Below are positions 13,171 through 25,175 of a DNA stretch of 64,000 nucleotides, in pieces. A program made the translations under genes and the position numbers. Under the pieces are notes generated by a model, which was not told the DNA's origin, searched no databases, and saw only the letters and a program-made list of their open reading frames with translations. The DNA lies in contig OX597828.1 of NCBI GenBank assembly GCA_951406725.2, positions 65,410,001 to 65,474,000 on the forward strand, read 5' to 3'. Numbering within the stretch: position 1 is the stretch's first letter; each line of letters opens with the position of its first letter. The stretch comes from Octopus vulgaris. Taxonomy: Eukaryota.

Positions 13171-13398
13171 TATTTCTTTATTACCCACAAGGGGCTAAAC
13201 ATAGAGGTGACAAACAAGGACAGACAAACGGATTAAGTCGATTACATCGACCCCAGTGCGTACCTGGTATTTAATTTTATCGAGCCCTAAAGGATAAAAG
13301 ACAAAGTCGACCTCGGCGGAATTTTGAACTCGGAACATAACGGCAGTCGAAATACGGCTACGCATTTCGCCGGCGTGCCAATGGTTCTGCCAGCTCGC
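13171..13398 (-). mobile_element. SINE family 1, full length
   Basis: Reverse complement of family 1. Confidence 0.92.
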
Positions 13399-13864
13399 AT
13401 ATATAATAAAAAAACAGCCACTTTAAAAAGAAAATCAACTTCTTCCTTGCAAGTGACCAAAAGAAGACTATTGTTTGGCTTAACTTGCACTCTAGAAGAA
13501 ATATATAATTAGATACCGCTAGATAGTTCTTAATCCTGATTACAAAAAATATTCATAGCCTGACAGGGATTGATCCTCGAGGGGCCAATCCCAACACCAT
13601 CCAGGAAATCGCGTGTAAACTACAAAAATGTTGAGCGAGGGTAAATATCTAGGAAACGATAAAATGCTGCAATGATATGACTGGTGGTAACTTTGAAAGT
13701 TATTTCCTAATAAAAGATATATCTTCAGAAATAGGGGAAGAGAAATGATATCACGATATTGTGTCACCTGAATGATACGCGCATTTACCATTTCGATATC
13801 AACTGCTGAAAGATCAAACACACGTTAGATAAATGCTTTCGTTATTATTTATGGTTATTTATCC

Positions 13865-13904
<40 letters not shown>

Positions 13905-13959
13905 ATAAAATAATAATAATAATAAGCTGAGAGTTTTCATAATAATAATAACAATAACA

Positions 13960-14001
<42 letters not shown>

Positions 14002-14356
14002 GTAACGCTTTACTTTGGATTAAGTGAAAAGCAAATATTTACTGCATATAAATGAAAACCCATAGCTTAAAAGAACAGGGTGAAAATAATACCAAGATTC
14101 CAACACAAAACCAAAGCCAGCAGCGAAATATAACATAATTGATCAACATGATTTAAACAAAGAGGAACAGCTGCTCTTCTACAATATGCCGTCGGCAGCA
14201 CTGAACTCAACGATATTCAAGAGAATTGGACAACAATTTTGCTCGTATGAAAGACGATAGGAGTAAAAGAATTCAACTTTAACAATACAGTATGTGTATG
14301 TACGTGTGTGCGTTTGTGTTCATATGTTTGGGTGAGTCCGTGTGTTTGCGTGTATC

Positions 14357-14421
<65 letters not shown>

Positions 14422-14516
14422 TACATAATGATTAATATATACATTCACTTCAAAGGTTTAATATAACAATGGTTTCAAATTTTGGTTCAAGGTCAGCAAT
14501 TTCGGAGGCGGACAGA

Positions 14517-14890
14517 GGTGCTGGTGGTGGTGGTTGTGGTGGTAGTGGTGGTGGTGGTGGTGGTGGTGTTGGCGATGGCGGCGGTGGCGGTGGTCGTGGT
14601 CGTGGTCGTGGTAGTGATGGTGGTGGTCGTGGTCGTGGTTGTGGTCGTGGTGGTGGTCGTGGTAGTGGTGGCGGCGGCGGCGGCGGCGGTGGTCGTGGTG
14701 GTGGTGGTGGTGGTCGTCGTCGTCGTCGTCGTGGTGGTCGTTGTCGTGGTGGTCGTAGTCGTGGTCGTGGTTGTGGTGGTCGTGGTCGTGGTGGTGGTGG
14801 TGGTGGTGGCGGTGGCGGCGGCGGCGGCGGTCGTGGTCGTGGTCGTGGTCGTGGTAGTGGTGGTGATGGTGATGGTGATGGTGATGGTGG
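14517..14890. repeat. GC-rich compound trinucleotide repeat (GGT/CGT/GGC)n
   Basis: Direct reading; source of the poly-G/V/H ORFs. Confidence 0.97.
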
Positions 14891-15939
14891 TTTTTGTAAT
14901 CCTTATCTTTTAAGGGTGCACAAAATAAATCATAATAAAACCATGGCATTAAGGCTTTGTCTTCTTTGCAACACAAAAGACACACTACGATTAGGAAGTA
15001 TATTTTTATCGATCCCGAATTAAAGATTGTAATAATGGTGACGAAAGCGTTCATTAAGGTCACCAGACTTTATTGAAGTGGGAGAGCGTGTGTTGTTAAC
15101 TCTTCCATTGTAACAGGATCTCGTGAATAATTTAATGACGAAGACAACGGGCCAAACGATGACAACAATGCAATTATCGTCAATGACTACGACGACGACG
15201 ACGACGACGACTTCGGAAACGATTATGATGAGGAGAGAATGAAGAAACAGCTGATCATAATGGCAGCGCTGTTGTTAACGATGTTAATATAGTTTGGTGG
15301 TAACATAGCTGATGGTGATGGTGAATGTTAACAATAGATGCACATGAAATATGCACGGATAGGTGGCTATCAGGTTAAGGAAATTGTATTGTGTCTTTGT
15401 AATTCTGTGTTCGAACTCAGGTGACAGCATCTTGAGTAAGTGTTTTCTACAATTCCTTTGGGTTGACCAAACACACGTGGGTAAAGTTTGGTAGGCTAAG
15501 ATTATGCAGAAGCTTGCCCCGCATATGCTTATATGTGTATATAAATGTACGAGCAAAACGCCCCCCCCGATCCGATGGACGGTGCTGAGTTGTCAAACAT
15601 TTAAACCAATTTTTTTCAAAACAACTTGTCCGACCGTCCCATAAGCCTCCCCTTTGCGAAACACTGATTTAACCTAAATTTGAGACACCAGCAATAGAAG
15701 AAATAAAGATAGACTTTTTTCTATTCAAAGAAAAACGATTTTATTCACACAAATATGCAACCGAAGAGGTTAAAATACCAGTAATGATAAAGCTGTTGAC
15801 TGGGAGAACACAAACATGGTTTAAATAGTAAGCTTGGCAGGAAAGAAACGTGCCTTTAAGTAGTACAAAAACAACAAAAAATGGAAGGTGCAGTTATGTA
15901 CAGGTTGACGGAAGAAAAGCAGGACAAAAACGGCTTTAT

Positions 15940-16110
15940 CGATCGCATTCTCACGTGGAATCGATTTTTGAAATTTTTTCAAGACCTATACACGCCTTGA
16001 TACGGTCGGTATCTACATATCAAATTTGAGTGCAATCGGATGGAGGATGCCCGCGATCCTAGAAGACACACACACACACACAGACAGACAGGATGGATTT
16101 TTTTAATATA
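15940..16110 (+). mobile_element. Probable non-autonomous Helitron/Helentron-type fragment
   Basis: AAATTTGAGTGCAATCGG...(CA)n CAGACAGACA...TTTTAATATA layout typical of HINE-like elements. Confidence 0.4.
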
Positions 16111-16129
16111 TGTATGCTTCTATACATAC

Positions 16130-16171
<42 letters not shown>

Positions 16172-16176
16172 AGGTA

Positions 16177-16490
16177 CAGGCGTGGCGGGCGCAAGCGTGG
16201 CAAGTGCAGGCGCGGTTGTGTGGTAAGAAGCGATATTGATCTGGATTCAGTTCCACAGCGTAGCACCTTGGACAAGTATATTCTACCAAAGTCTCGGGCC
16301 GACCAAAATAAACCTTTGTGGGTGGATTTGGTAAGTGTGTGTGTGTCCACCATCGCTTGACAACTAGTATTGGTGTGTTTACGTACCCGTAACTTAGTGA
16401 TTAGGCAAATGAGACCGATAAAATAAGTGCCAAGATTAAAGAAAAAGGAAAAAAATTAGTACTGAGGTCGATTCATTCAACTAAAAGCTC
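16177..16490 (+). mobile_element. SINE family 2, diverged, with reiterated 5' head
   Basis: Homology to family 2. Confidence 0.8.
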
Positions 16491-16577
16491 TTCACATCCG
16501 CACCTGAAACAAATAAAGGGTAAAATATATACACTTATACATATATATACACTTATACATATATATATACACTTATA

Positions 16578-16667
<90 letters not shown>

Positions 16668-16672
<5 letters not shown>

Positions 16673-16875
16673 ATCCAAACATGAAAGCACAAAGAGAAAA
16701 CACAACAACGCGAGGACGTGGAACAAGTATAGTATTATTGGACGCTCAGGAAAGGAAAGAAGGGGGGTTTAACGTTTCGAGCGGAGCTCTTCGTCAGAAA
16801 CATAGGAAAAGGAAAGATCCAAAGAAGGGAAGACGGAGGAAAAAAATCGCCAACGGTACACAACCGGTCACATTT
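16668..16875 (-). mobile_element. ~210-bp non-coding HHR-bearing element (PLE pseudo-LTR-like) abutting (TA)n
   Basis: Highly similar copy at 54931-55138 (+). Confidence 0.85.
16767..16801 (-). ncRNA. Minimal type I hammerhead ribozyme, intact core
   Basis: GTTT CTGACGA A GAGC tcc GCTC GAAA CG TT AAAC; palindromic ACGT stem III. Confidence 0.85.
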
Positions 16876-16879
16876 TGAT

Positions 16880-17010
16880 CACCACCACCCCCCGCCGGAG
16901 CCTCGTGGATCTTTTCGGTGTTTTCGCTCAATAAACACTCACGACGCCCGGTCTGGGAATCGAAACTGCGATCCAGCAACCGCGAGTCCGCTGCCTTAAC
17001 CACTGGGCAA
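16880..17010 (-). mobile_element. tRNA-derived SINE head (further family), truncated by the HHR element
   Basis: Minus strand TGCCCAGTGGTTAAGGCAGCGGACTC...GTTTCGATTCCC (A and B boxes). Confidence 0.75.
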
Positions 17011-17348
17011 TAGAAACGGACAATTAGACATGGTATAACTTCCATCAGTCACCGGTTCTCGAATCAGCGTAGTATTGGTACATTTATATCAGGAGACTTA
17101 ATGCCATGATACTACTCATTCGACTGTGCCAATGATTGTAAGCATCACAGAGTTAGTGGGTATAACAAGGGACAGAGCTTAGAACATACGAATCAGAGGA
17201 AAAATTAACTCAGGTATGTAATAAAATTCAGCAAAACAGAAAATGCGTAATGTCTTATGATTAGGCAGAGAAAAGAAAAAAGAAAAAACCCAGATGTGAG
17301 GGAATAATGATATTGGGTAAGTAAATAGGGTAGTAAGAATGATGTAGA

Positions 17349-17406
<58 letters not shown>

Positions 17407-17439
17407 CCAAGAAAAAAAGCAACAAGAATGGATTAGTAG

Positions 17440-17528
17440 TTTAGTACAATTGTTTCATACTAAGAGCAATTTTATTTGAAGCTGCAAATATTGCAGCAAA
17501 TACAAATGTCCAGTATTCATCAGCTAAA
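17440..17528 (-). ncRNA. Type I hammerhead ribozyme with extended stem II, intact core
   Basis: TTTAG CTGATGA ATACT-(50 nt)-AGTAT GAAA CAATTG TA CTAAA; GUA triplet. Confidence 0.85.
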
Positions 17529-18337
17529 TCACATATATGTTTTCCAGACATCCTAGAGAGTGCGACTATCCTCATGAAGTATTAGGAGTGAGTTCTATGA
17601 AATTTACAGTCAAATTATAAGCAGACTTAAAATGCTTTCTAATGATGCACAGTTCTATAAAAAGTTTTTGAAAAGATTGTTAACTTCCCAGAGAAGGTGA
17701 ATCCATCCATAAAAATGTAGGTATAATTTCCGGAGACATGAGGAAAGCTACTGGTCGCACGCAGGTTCATTTCACCCCACATTATAATCACCCCACATTA
17801 TTTTATGGTTAATACCATAAAGAATGCTGGTGCATCTAAGTTAAGTACCATATTCATTTGAATTCATTGGAATTCACTTGAATCTTAATTGTTTTTGCTG
17901 AATATATATATATATATATATATATGAACTGAAGGCAAGGATTATGGTAGCATTCACGTACTTAAAAAGGAGACTGTCCAGAAGAGTTGCAAGAGATTCT
18001 GAAATCGTCTGGAGATCGCGTTTGAAGTCAATGGCGATTTTATTGAATACATTTTATTGAATAAATGTACTCTTTAGTATTTCGAGATATTTTTATGTAA
18101 GTTTAGTATATATATATATGTCTGTTACAATGAAATGTTATTTCATTTTTTCGAAATTAAGACGACAATTTATTCACCGCACCATATATACCCCTGTAGT
18201 GTGCATGGCAGAATTTTGGAGGGAAAATTTACGGATTCAATCGCCTACATAGATTTAGCCTGTGCTCACTTTCTCCCATCATTTGATGTCGCATGGTCAA
18301 AGGTGGAGGTCGGTGGCATTTGATAAATCTAACGAAG

Positions 18338-18400
18338 ATAGTGCTGAAGAAAGACATGAGGTAATTTTTCTCACCTCCGATCTAGAAACATGTTCGCTAT
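18338..18400 (+). ncRNA. Near-intact type I hammerhead ribozyme
   Basis: ATAGTG CTGAAGA aAGA..GAGGT..ACCTC..TCTa GAAA CATG TT CGCTAT; A.A mismatch at the base of stem II. Confidence 0.72.
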
Positions 18401-18685
18401 TAACGGTAAGGCAATGCTTTCGTTTACTTATTCCACATTTTTTGCACATGTGAATTACAGGGTTATGTCGTATATGGAGTCCCACTTGTAGAAAACAGTC
18501 GTTGACTGCTATTTCTAATTCTTTCGGTATGCGGCAAAGCAACCTGTTGCCTGCCCCTCCACTTATATACTATATATACAGAACTTCACAGAAGTTCCCG
18601 ACGCTAAAAGTCATATTTACATACCGAAATCTACCGGTAAATAATTGTTGGTTGTCTGAAAAAACCATCGGTAATTATTTACCCC

Positions 18686-18736
<51 letters not shown>

Positions 18737-18775
18737 GTGTGTGTGTGCACAAATACATGCCTATACATATGAATG

Positions 18776-18809
<34 letters not shown>

Positions 18810-19834
18810 TGTATGTATGTATGTATGTATGTATGTATGTATATTTGTTTGTTTTCTTTGTTGGTTGGTTGGATGGTTGGTTGGATGGTTGGTTGATTGG
18901 TTGGTTGGATGGTTGGTTGGTTGGTTGGTTGGTTGGCTGGTTGGTTGGTTGGTTGATTGGTTGGTTGGTTGTTTGGTTGGTTGGTAGGTTGGTTGGTTGG
19001 TTGGTTGGTTTGTATATGTGTATGTTTTTTTCCGTTTTTAATTATTTAAATTCTTCCTTCGAAGAAGGAGTTGGTTTCTAACGAAAATACAAAGCTCCGA
19101 AAACAATGTCACATTTTTAAAACTGAGAAAAGTCTTGCATATTTTTACTGTTCTGTTACAGATTGTATTTATAATGTGTGAATCAGTTTATTAATTTCTT
19201 TTTCTGAAAACCCAAGCTTATCTAGACTGAGAGGCAGTTACTTACAGAAGCAAGTGCACCAGTTATTATTGATATAAATGTAAATTTATAATCCGGATAT
19301 AGAAGCTGGAGCTTTCGGAGCAGCTGTCCGTAATTATCTTGTCTCTTTTATTTCTAAGAGATATTCACATCAGCAGTACAGCTGACCTCTTTGACAATAC
19401 ATATTTTTTCTTGTCTTTCCTAAACAACAATATCCGGACTGTTGTATTTACACTTGACATATGTTTTCATGTATGTATATATGTATCTGTGTCCGTGTAT
19501 CTGTGTGTGTATCAAATTATATATATATCAAATTAGTGAGTAAAAAGACTTGTTATGATTAATTCTGGATTCAAATAACATATGTGCTTTCATAAAAAAA
19601 ATACCAATCTCTCTGGTTACGCAATATTTCATAATATCCGGTTTGAAACCAAACATCATCTCCTTAGACAGCACAAACTACGTAGTATAACGTTGAGAAC
19701 AGACAGAAATTCCTCTTCGTGCTCAATTCCTCACCAATTAATTATTGTTAAATCTAGAGAATTAATGTGCAATTTTAAAACTAACTATCATGAAACTTTA
19801 AATAAACAGACGAATTGAAAGGTTACTTTATACA

Positions 19835-19889
19835 TGTATATATATACATGTGTGTGTGTATGTGTACAAACATATATATGTTTTTGTAT

Positions 19890-19950
<61 letters not shown>

Positions 19951-19999
19951 TATATACATACATATATATATACATATATATATACATATATATATATAC

Positions 20000-20036
<37 letters not shown>

Positions 20037-20045
20037 CATATATAA

Positions 20046-20091
<46 letters not shown>

Positions 20092-20158
20092 CTATATATA
20101 TACACATATATATATATACATATATATATATACATATATATATATACATATATATATA
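19835..20158. repeat. (TA)n-rich microsatellite, representative of many (e.g. 33975-34270, 43770-44145, 61645-61840)
   Basis: Direct reading; explains the YIYI ORFs. Confidence 0.99.
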
Positions 20159-20899
20159 TTACAAAATATAAAGTTATATCTTGAGTGACAACAACACTCA
20201 AGATATACAACGGATTGGAAATAGAAGTGCTCCAATGAGCTGTATACACTTTTTTATCCAAGGGGAGGCAATAGGAGCAACAACCACAGGAACACCACAA
20301 AATTCAAAGATAGACCAAACACATGCAAATCTTATATACTAGTTTATATCCATACAGTCCGCCATATTAGAAATTTAAAAATTCAGTAATATATAAGTAT
20401 CATATACAAATAAAAATATAAATACAAATATAAATATAAAATAAATATAAATATAAATTAGCCCTCACGCCACACAGTTGTTAATGTTTATTTCAGTTGG
20501 GTCACGCCTTTCCAATTGCTATAGATACGTAATGCATCTTACGGCTGTGCCTGTCACCTGGATGGTGAGGAATCCTACATTGGGAGTGGTAACGACTTGG
20601 GTAGGGTAACTGACTGCTTGTTGTGATCATTCGTCTTTTGGTTTCCTGTAGCTTTGCTCTCTTTTACAAACCCAGTGAACATATATTTCCTATTTCAAAG
20701 AAATTCAATCAATAGATATAAGTCCCAATTTTAAAAGATTCTCAACAATTCAACTTCTCTGGTTGACATTAAGATGCCCACCCCCAACAGGGGCCTTAAC
20801 TCTCACATTTTAGAGCTCCATGACCTTCGTTTTTCAGGAGCAAAATCTTCTTAACAGGTTCAATAAGACTGGAATTTTGGGAATATGCGCATAAAAATC

Positions 20900-21084
20900 A
20901 GTAGTATGGGATATATGTGGCACGATTACAATTTTGTTTGGGTGTGTAAAGAGGGATATAACCCTCATCTGCAATTTTGATGAAATCCGAAACATAGATA
21001 TTCCAGTTCATTAGAGAAAATATAACAGAAAAGTCTAATTCTTCAATTGTATGTAACACGGGCAACGCCGGGTATCTCTGCTAG
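20900..21084 (+). mobile_element. Helitron 3' end (5' boundary uncertain)
   Basis: Subterminal GC hairpin CGGGCAACGCCGGG, then CTAG followed by T. Confidence 0.8.
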
Positions 21085-22283
21085 TTAATGATAAACTTGT
21101 AAAGACACTCTGACTTGCGTGTACATAGTGTTCATCCAGCAAAAACGTTTTATTGACAAACTCTGCAAGGACACGGGATGTTGCCCGGCAGACCTCCATC
21201 ACTACCATCAGTGATCAATGCTCTGAGAGCTCGAAATGAATTCACGAGTCAGACAAATCCGAGCGAGTTCGACGAGATGTTGATAATAGTTGTTAACGTC
21301 AATCCAGTTTGGCATTAAAACTATTACAGTAAGATCAAAGATATATCCAGAATGTCGTAGGCTGTCTTTTAAATGTCACAGATTTGGTATAGACGTTCGC
21401 AGTTGATATTCTGAATAAATTTGTGCATAGAAATTGATCTATGGGAGTACCGTATAGAAAAGTCCCCAACTATAAATCTAGCATAGCTAAGTCAATTCAA
21501 GGCCTAATTATTGTATAGCAGTTTGAAAATTATACGCGATTAATACCTGTAATATTGGTGGTGAAATTCAACAGAGGCGCATGTGTTTAATTCACTAATG
21601 TGACATAAAATTGATAAGCAGTTTTGTAATAATACATTGCTGCTGTCGATATGGTTAGCACACAGAGGAAACAATAACTAGGTGACTTTGTATTAGGGTA
21701 GTAATTATATCATTGAGCTAAATAGAAACTGAATATAAACTGAATGATGATTATTAACAACCGGTTAATAATGCAACACAAAGATACGAGCTAATCTCTT
21801 TTATCCAAGATTGTTCTTAAAGTAACAGGTGTATTACCCCATTTCCAAATAGTAAGTGATCTGTCGTTCTCGATAATCAACTTATATGTAAAAATGAAGC
21901 GGAGTTGCTTCAAACTTATTTAAGTTGAAATTGCAAAACCGTAAAAATGAAAGCAGTAAATGAAACTTTGCAAATAAATGATTAAAATAAATCCCTCAAA
22001 AAAAAATTGCTAAGTAATTATGGAGATCTTCGTTGAGATTCAGCTCCTGTCAGAAAATGATTAATACGATAAGATGAGTTTGCAAAGTATCAGAAACGGT
22101 AATTTTTCTACGAATTGGTCGTACAAGTCTTCTATACAACAACCAACTTTAAATAAGTGAATGTCACAAATTACTTTGGTTTCTAATAAATAACAAACAT
22201 TATTAACGTGAGACATTTAACCGATTTTTTTCAAGGATTCCATAAACTTTAAATATATAATTATCAATATTCAAATCCTGAAA

Positions 22284-22497
22284 GTGGCGATCTAGTAGAA
22301 CCGTTAGCACACCGGTCAAAATGCTTAGCGGCATTTCGTCCGTCTTAACGTCCTGAGTTCAAATTCCACCGAGGTTGACTTTGCCTTTCTTCCCTTTTGG
22401 GATCAATAAAATAAGTACCAGTTGAGCACTGGTTTCGATGTAATCGACTTACTCCCTCCACCAAAATTACTTACCTTGTGCCAAAATTTGAAATCAA
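22284..22497 (+). mobile_element. SINE family 1, short-tail variant
   Basis: Family 1 body plus CCTTGTGCCAAAATTTGAAA tail. Confidence 0.88.
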
Positions 22498-23000
22498 TAT
22501 TCAAATACTGCACTTACCGTCTGCCTTGGATTGAATAAATTAATACCTGTGAGGTGTCGAAGACAAATAAATCCTTTTCTTCAAATAGTATGTGATCTCA
22601 TCACGCTAATATAAATAATTGTAGTTTAATCACCTATTCATGGTGTGTAGTGTGGATTATACCAGTAACAATGTCGGTTTTTAACTGAGGCATGAGGTGA
22701 AGGTTTATATAAAGGCAGTTTAGTTGAGATCAGTATTTACTGAATATATAGCGATGGTAGCAAAAGGTATTAATTATATTTAATTACCTGTAGACACTGG
22801 TACCTATTTTATCGATACAGATTTCACAATGAGCATAGTCAAAAATTAAATAACGATTCCTATTTGTAAGAGATTGCAATATCAAATGGGGGATAAAGTC
22901 GATTCAATTCGGAATGGAGTGTAAGGTAACTAAATATCGCAAAACTACTTAGAATAACTGCACGTTTCTGCTATCCACCAGACTTAGTTAAAATTTAGTT

Positions 23001-23380
23001 TTACATGTTTACGCTTCTATCGCCTTCAAAGTATTCTCCATTTGAAGCAATGCCTTGGTCCAGACGCATTTTAAACTGTTCGTACCAGTGCTGGAACTCT
23101 TGTGAAATGATGCCTTTTAATACCTCCGTGTATTTTTTTTTTTCGCCTCTTCCATATCTGCAAATTCCGAAGGACCAACTTTTGTCTCCAGTGATGACCT
23201 TCGAAAGACGGTCCGGATCAACTTCCGGCTGTTCTTTCAGTTCACGACACGCATTCTTTTGGTCATCCGTGAGCAAGTGAAGCACAAATTTGCTGCAACT
23301 TTTTTCTATTCGCAATTTCTCGCTCAAAATTCGGTGGCAAGAGCTCCAGGACACACCGGTCATATCAACTAGGAACTTTC
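23001..23380 (-). mobile_element. Internally deleted mariner transposase relic
   Basis: HRILSEKL...KFVLHLLTDDQK, ITGDKSW and RLDQGIASNGEYFEGD motifs. Confidence 0.9.
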
Positions 23381-23533
23381 ATTGTTATATTCTTTTGTTG
23401 GATATCATTGTTGTTCTTTTAATTGTGTACTCGTTGTTTCTGTGTAAAATCCCCACAGTCCATGTCTACTGTATCGCCCCCTATATGTCGGCCCTAGTGG
23501 CTAATAATTGAAATTATTATTATTATTATTATT

Positions 23534-24086
23534 GCGTGAGAGAGCAGTGCATGCCATCAAAGTGACACTGGAGTTAAATATACGAAGCCCAGTCTGATAA
23601 GGGTACACTAGGCAAATGCATCACAACCTTATGTGCACGACATGGTGATCTCATATCAAGATAAACAGCACATGATCTTGCAGGTGGGGCCCAATTAGAA
23701 TTTTCTTCAGATCGAGTAACCCATCCCGCTCAAAAGGTCCCTGAATAAGGGTTGTTTAAGGATGTTGACTGAAACACCAATATTTCCAGATGTGAATTAT
23801 TCAAACCCCAAAGAATCCCTCTCAACACATGGTTATGATGCTCCCCCACTACTTCTGCTCGTGATGAGAGATTCACATATCGTCAGCCATTAAAGTACAG
23901 GGTCAACTGATTAAGGTCAAACAACTGACAAGCAAATCTATGGTATTGAGCAGAATATTTGCTGTAGCCCATCTTTTATACCAAGACAAAACAGTGTACA
24001 TGATAACACTTCCAATCAGTTAAGATCAGAAGCCACGAGAGCCACTACCTGGTACTGCATCAGGGCATTTATACAGATACCTTAGT
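23534..24086. mobile_element. Unclassified ~550-bp insertion flanked on both sides by (ATT)n
   Basis: Higher-complexity block between (ATT)n tracts at 23513-23533 and 24087-24170. Confidence 0.45.
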
Positions 24087-24126
24087 ATTATTATTATCAT
24101 TATTATTATTATTATCATCATTATTA

Positions 24127-24208
<82 letters not shown>

Positions 24209-24699
24209 CAGCAGCAGCAGCAGCAGCCTTGTTTTCAATGAGACTATCGCGTTGTTTTGTCGCTACATAAATTTTACTCAAATTATTGTTTGTTTTCCCG
24301 GTTATTAATGAGCTCCCGTTCAATCTTGTCGACTGCGTTAGTAATAAAACTGAGAAGAAGTAGCGGGAAAGGAAGTGGATTAGTTTTTTCTCTGTTTGTT
24401 CCCTTTATTTGTGAAAAGAAAGAAAATCACAAAGAGTTTCCATGAGAAAATGTTTGAAAGATGGAGAAACACAGATTGAAACCACATCGTAATGCTACAC
24501 CAGCGGAGGAGGGGAGATGGTAGTGGTCGTCAGCTCCTGCACAACATTCTCAACAGAAACACAACTGCCAAATCTGGCGCCGATAACAATTACAATAACA
24601 ATAGCAGCCGTTCCAGTAACGACAATACCACTACTATAAACATAAAAAAAACAGCTGCCGTTTACAGCAGCGTTAACGAAGCAACTAGCTTGCAGATCT

Positions 24700-25175
24700 T
24701 AAATTTCTTCCTGCTACTTGAAGTTTTTAAAATTTTCACTATATTATTTGCAAAAATGTAGTTTTGATGTAGTTTTGCATGCTAATTACGAAAATCGCAT
24801 TCTTTTTTCTTTTTTTTTTTTTTTCAAGAAATTAATAAGTTACAAGCGTTTAACTAATGTAATTTTAGCCAATCGAAAGTATCAATTGCCAGCATACTGG
24901 AAGTCGCGAGAGTCTGTTATCTTGGAAATGAGCAAAGACCAGGATAAGACAACGAAGACAAGAAGACAAAACGTTTACGTGAACTCTCGACCTGCTAGAA
25001 ATTGCAGCCAAATGTTGCTTAAACTATACCATAACGTCTAGAAACAAAAAGACCACACAGTAGGAAACGTAGTTTGGTTTGATTTTGTTTGTTTTTCAAA
25101 ACTACATCATAAATACATTTTTTTAAAAAATAGGCTGGTGAAAATTTGAAAAACTTCCAGTTGAAAGATATTTGA
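24700..25175. mobile_element. MITE/fold-back element with long imperfect TIRs
   Basis: GAAGTTTTTAAAATTTTCAC...AAAATGTAGTTTTGATGTAGTTTTG is mirrored by CAAAACTACATCATAAATACATTTT...GTGAAAATTTGAAAAACTTC. Confidence 0.6.

Noticed and set aside
14458-15063. Gly/Arg-, His- and Val-rich ORFs
   Set aside because: All frames are open only because of the trinucleotide microsatellite; no unique coding flanks.
20460-20520. Twister-like words (GACCCAA, GAGGG, TAAC) on the minus strand
   Set aside because: The AAGC loop and second pseudoknot could not be built.
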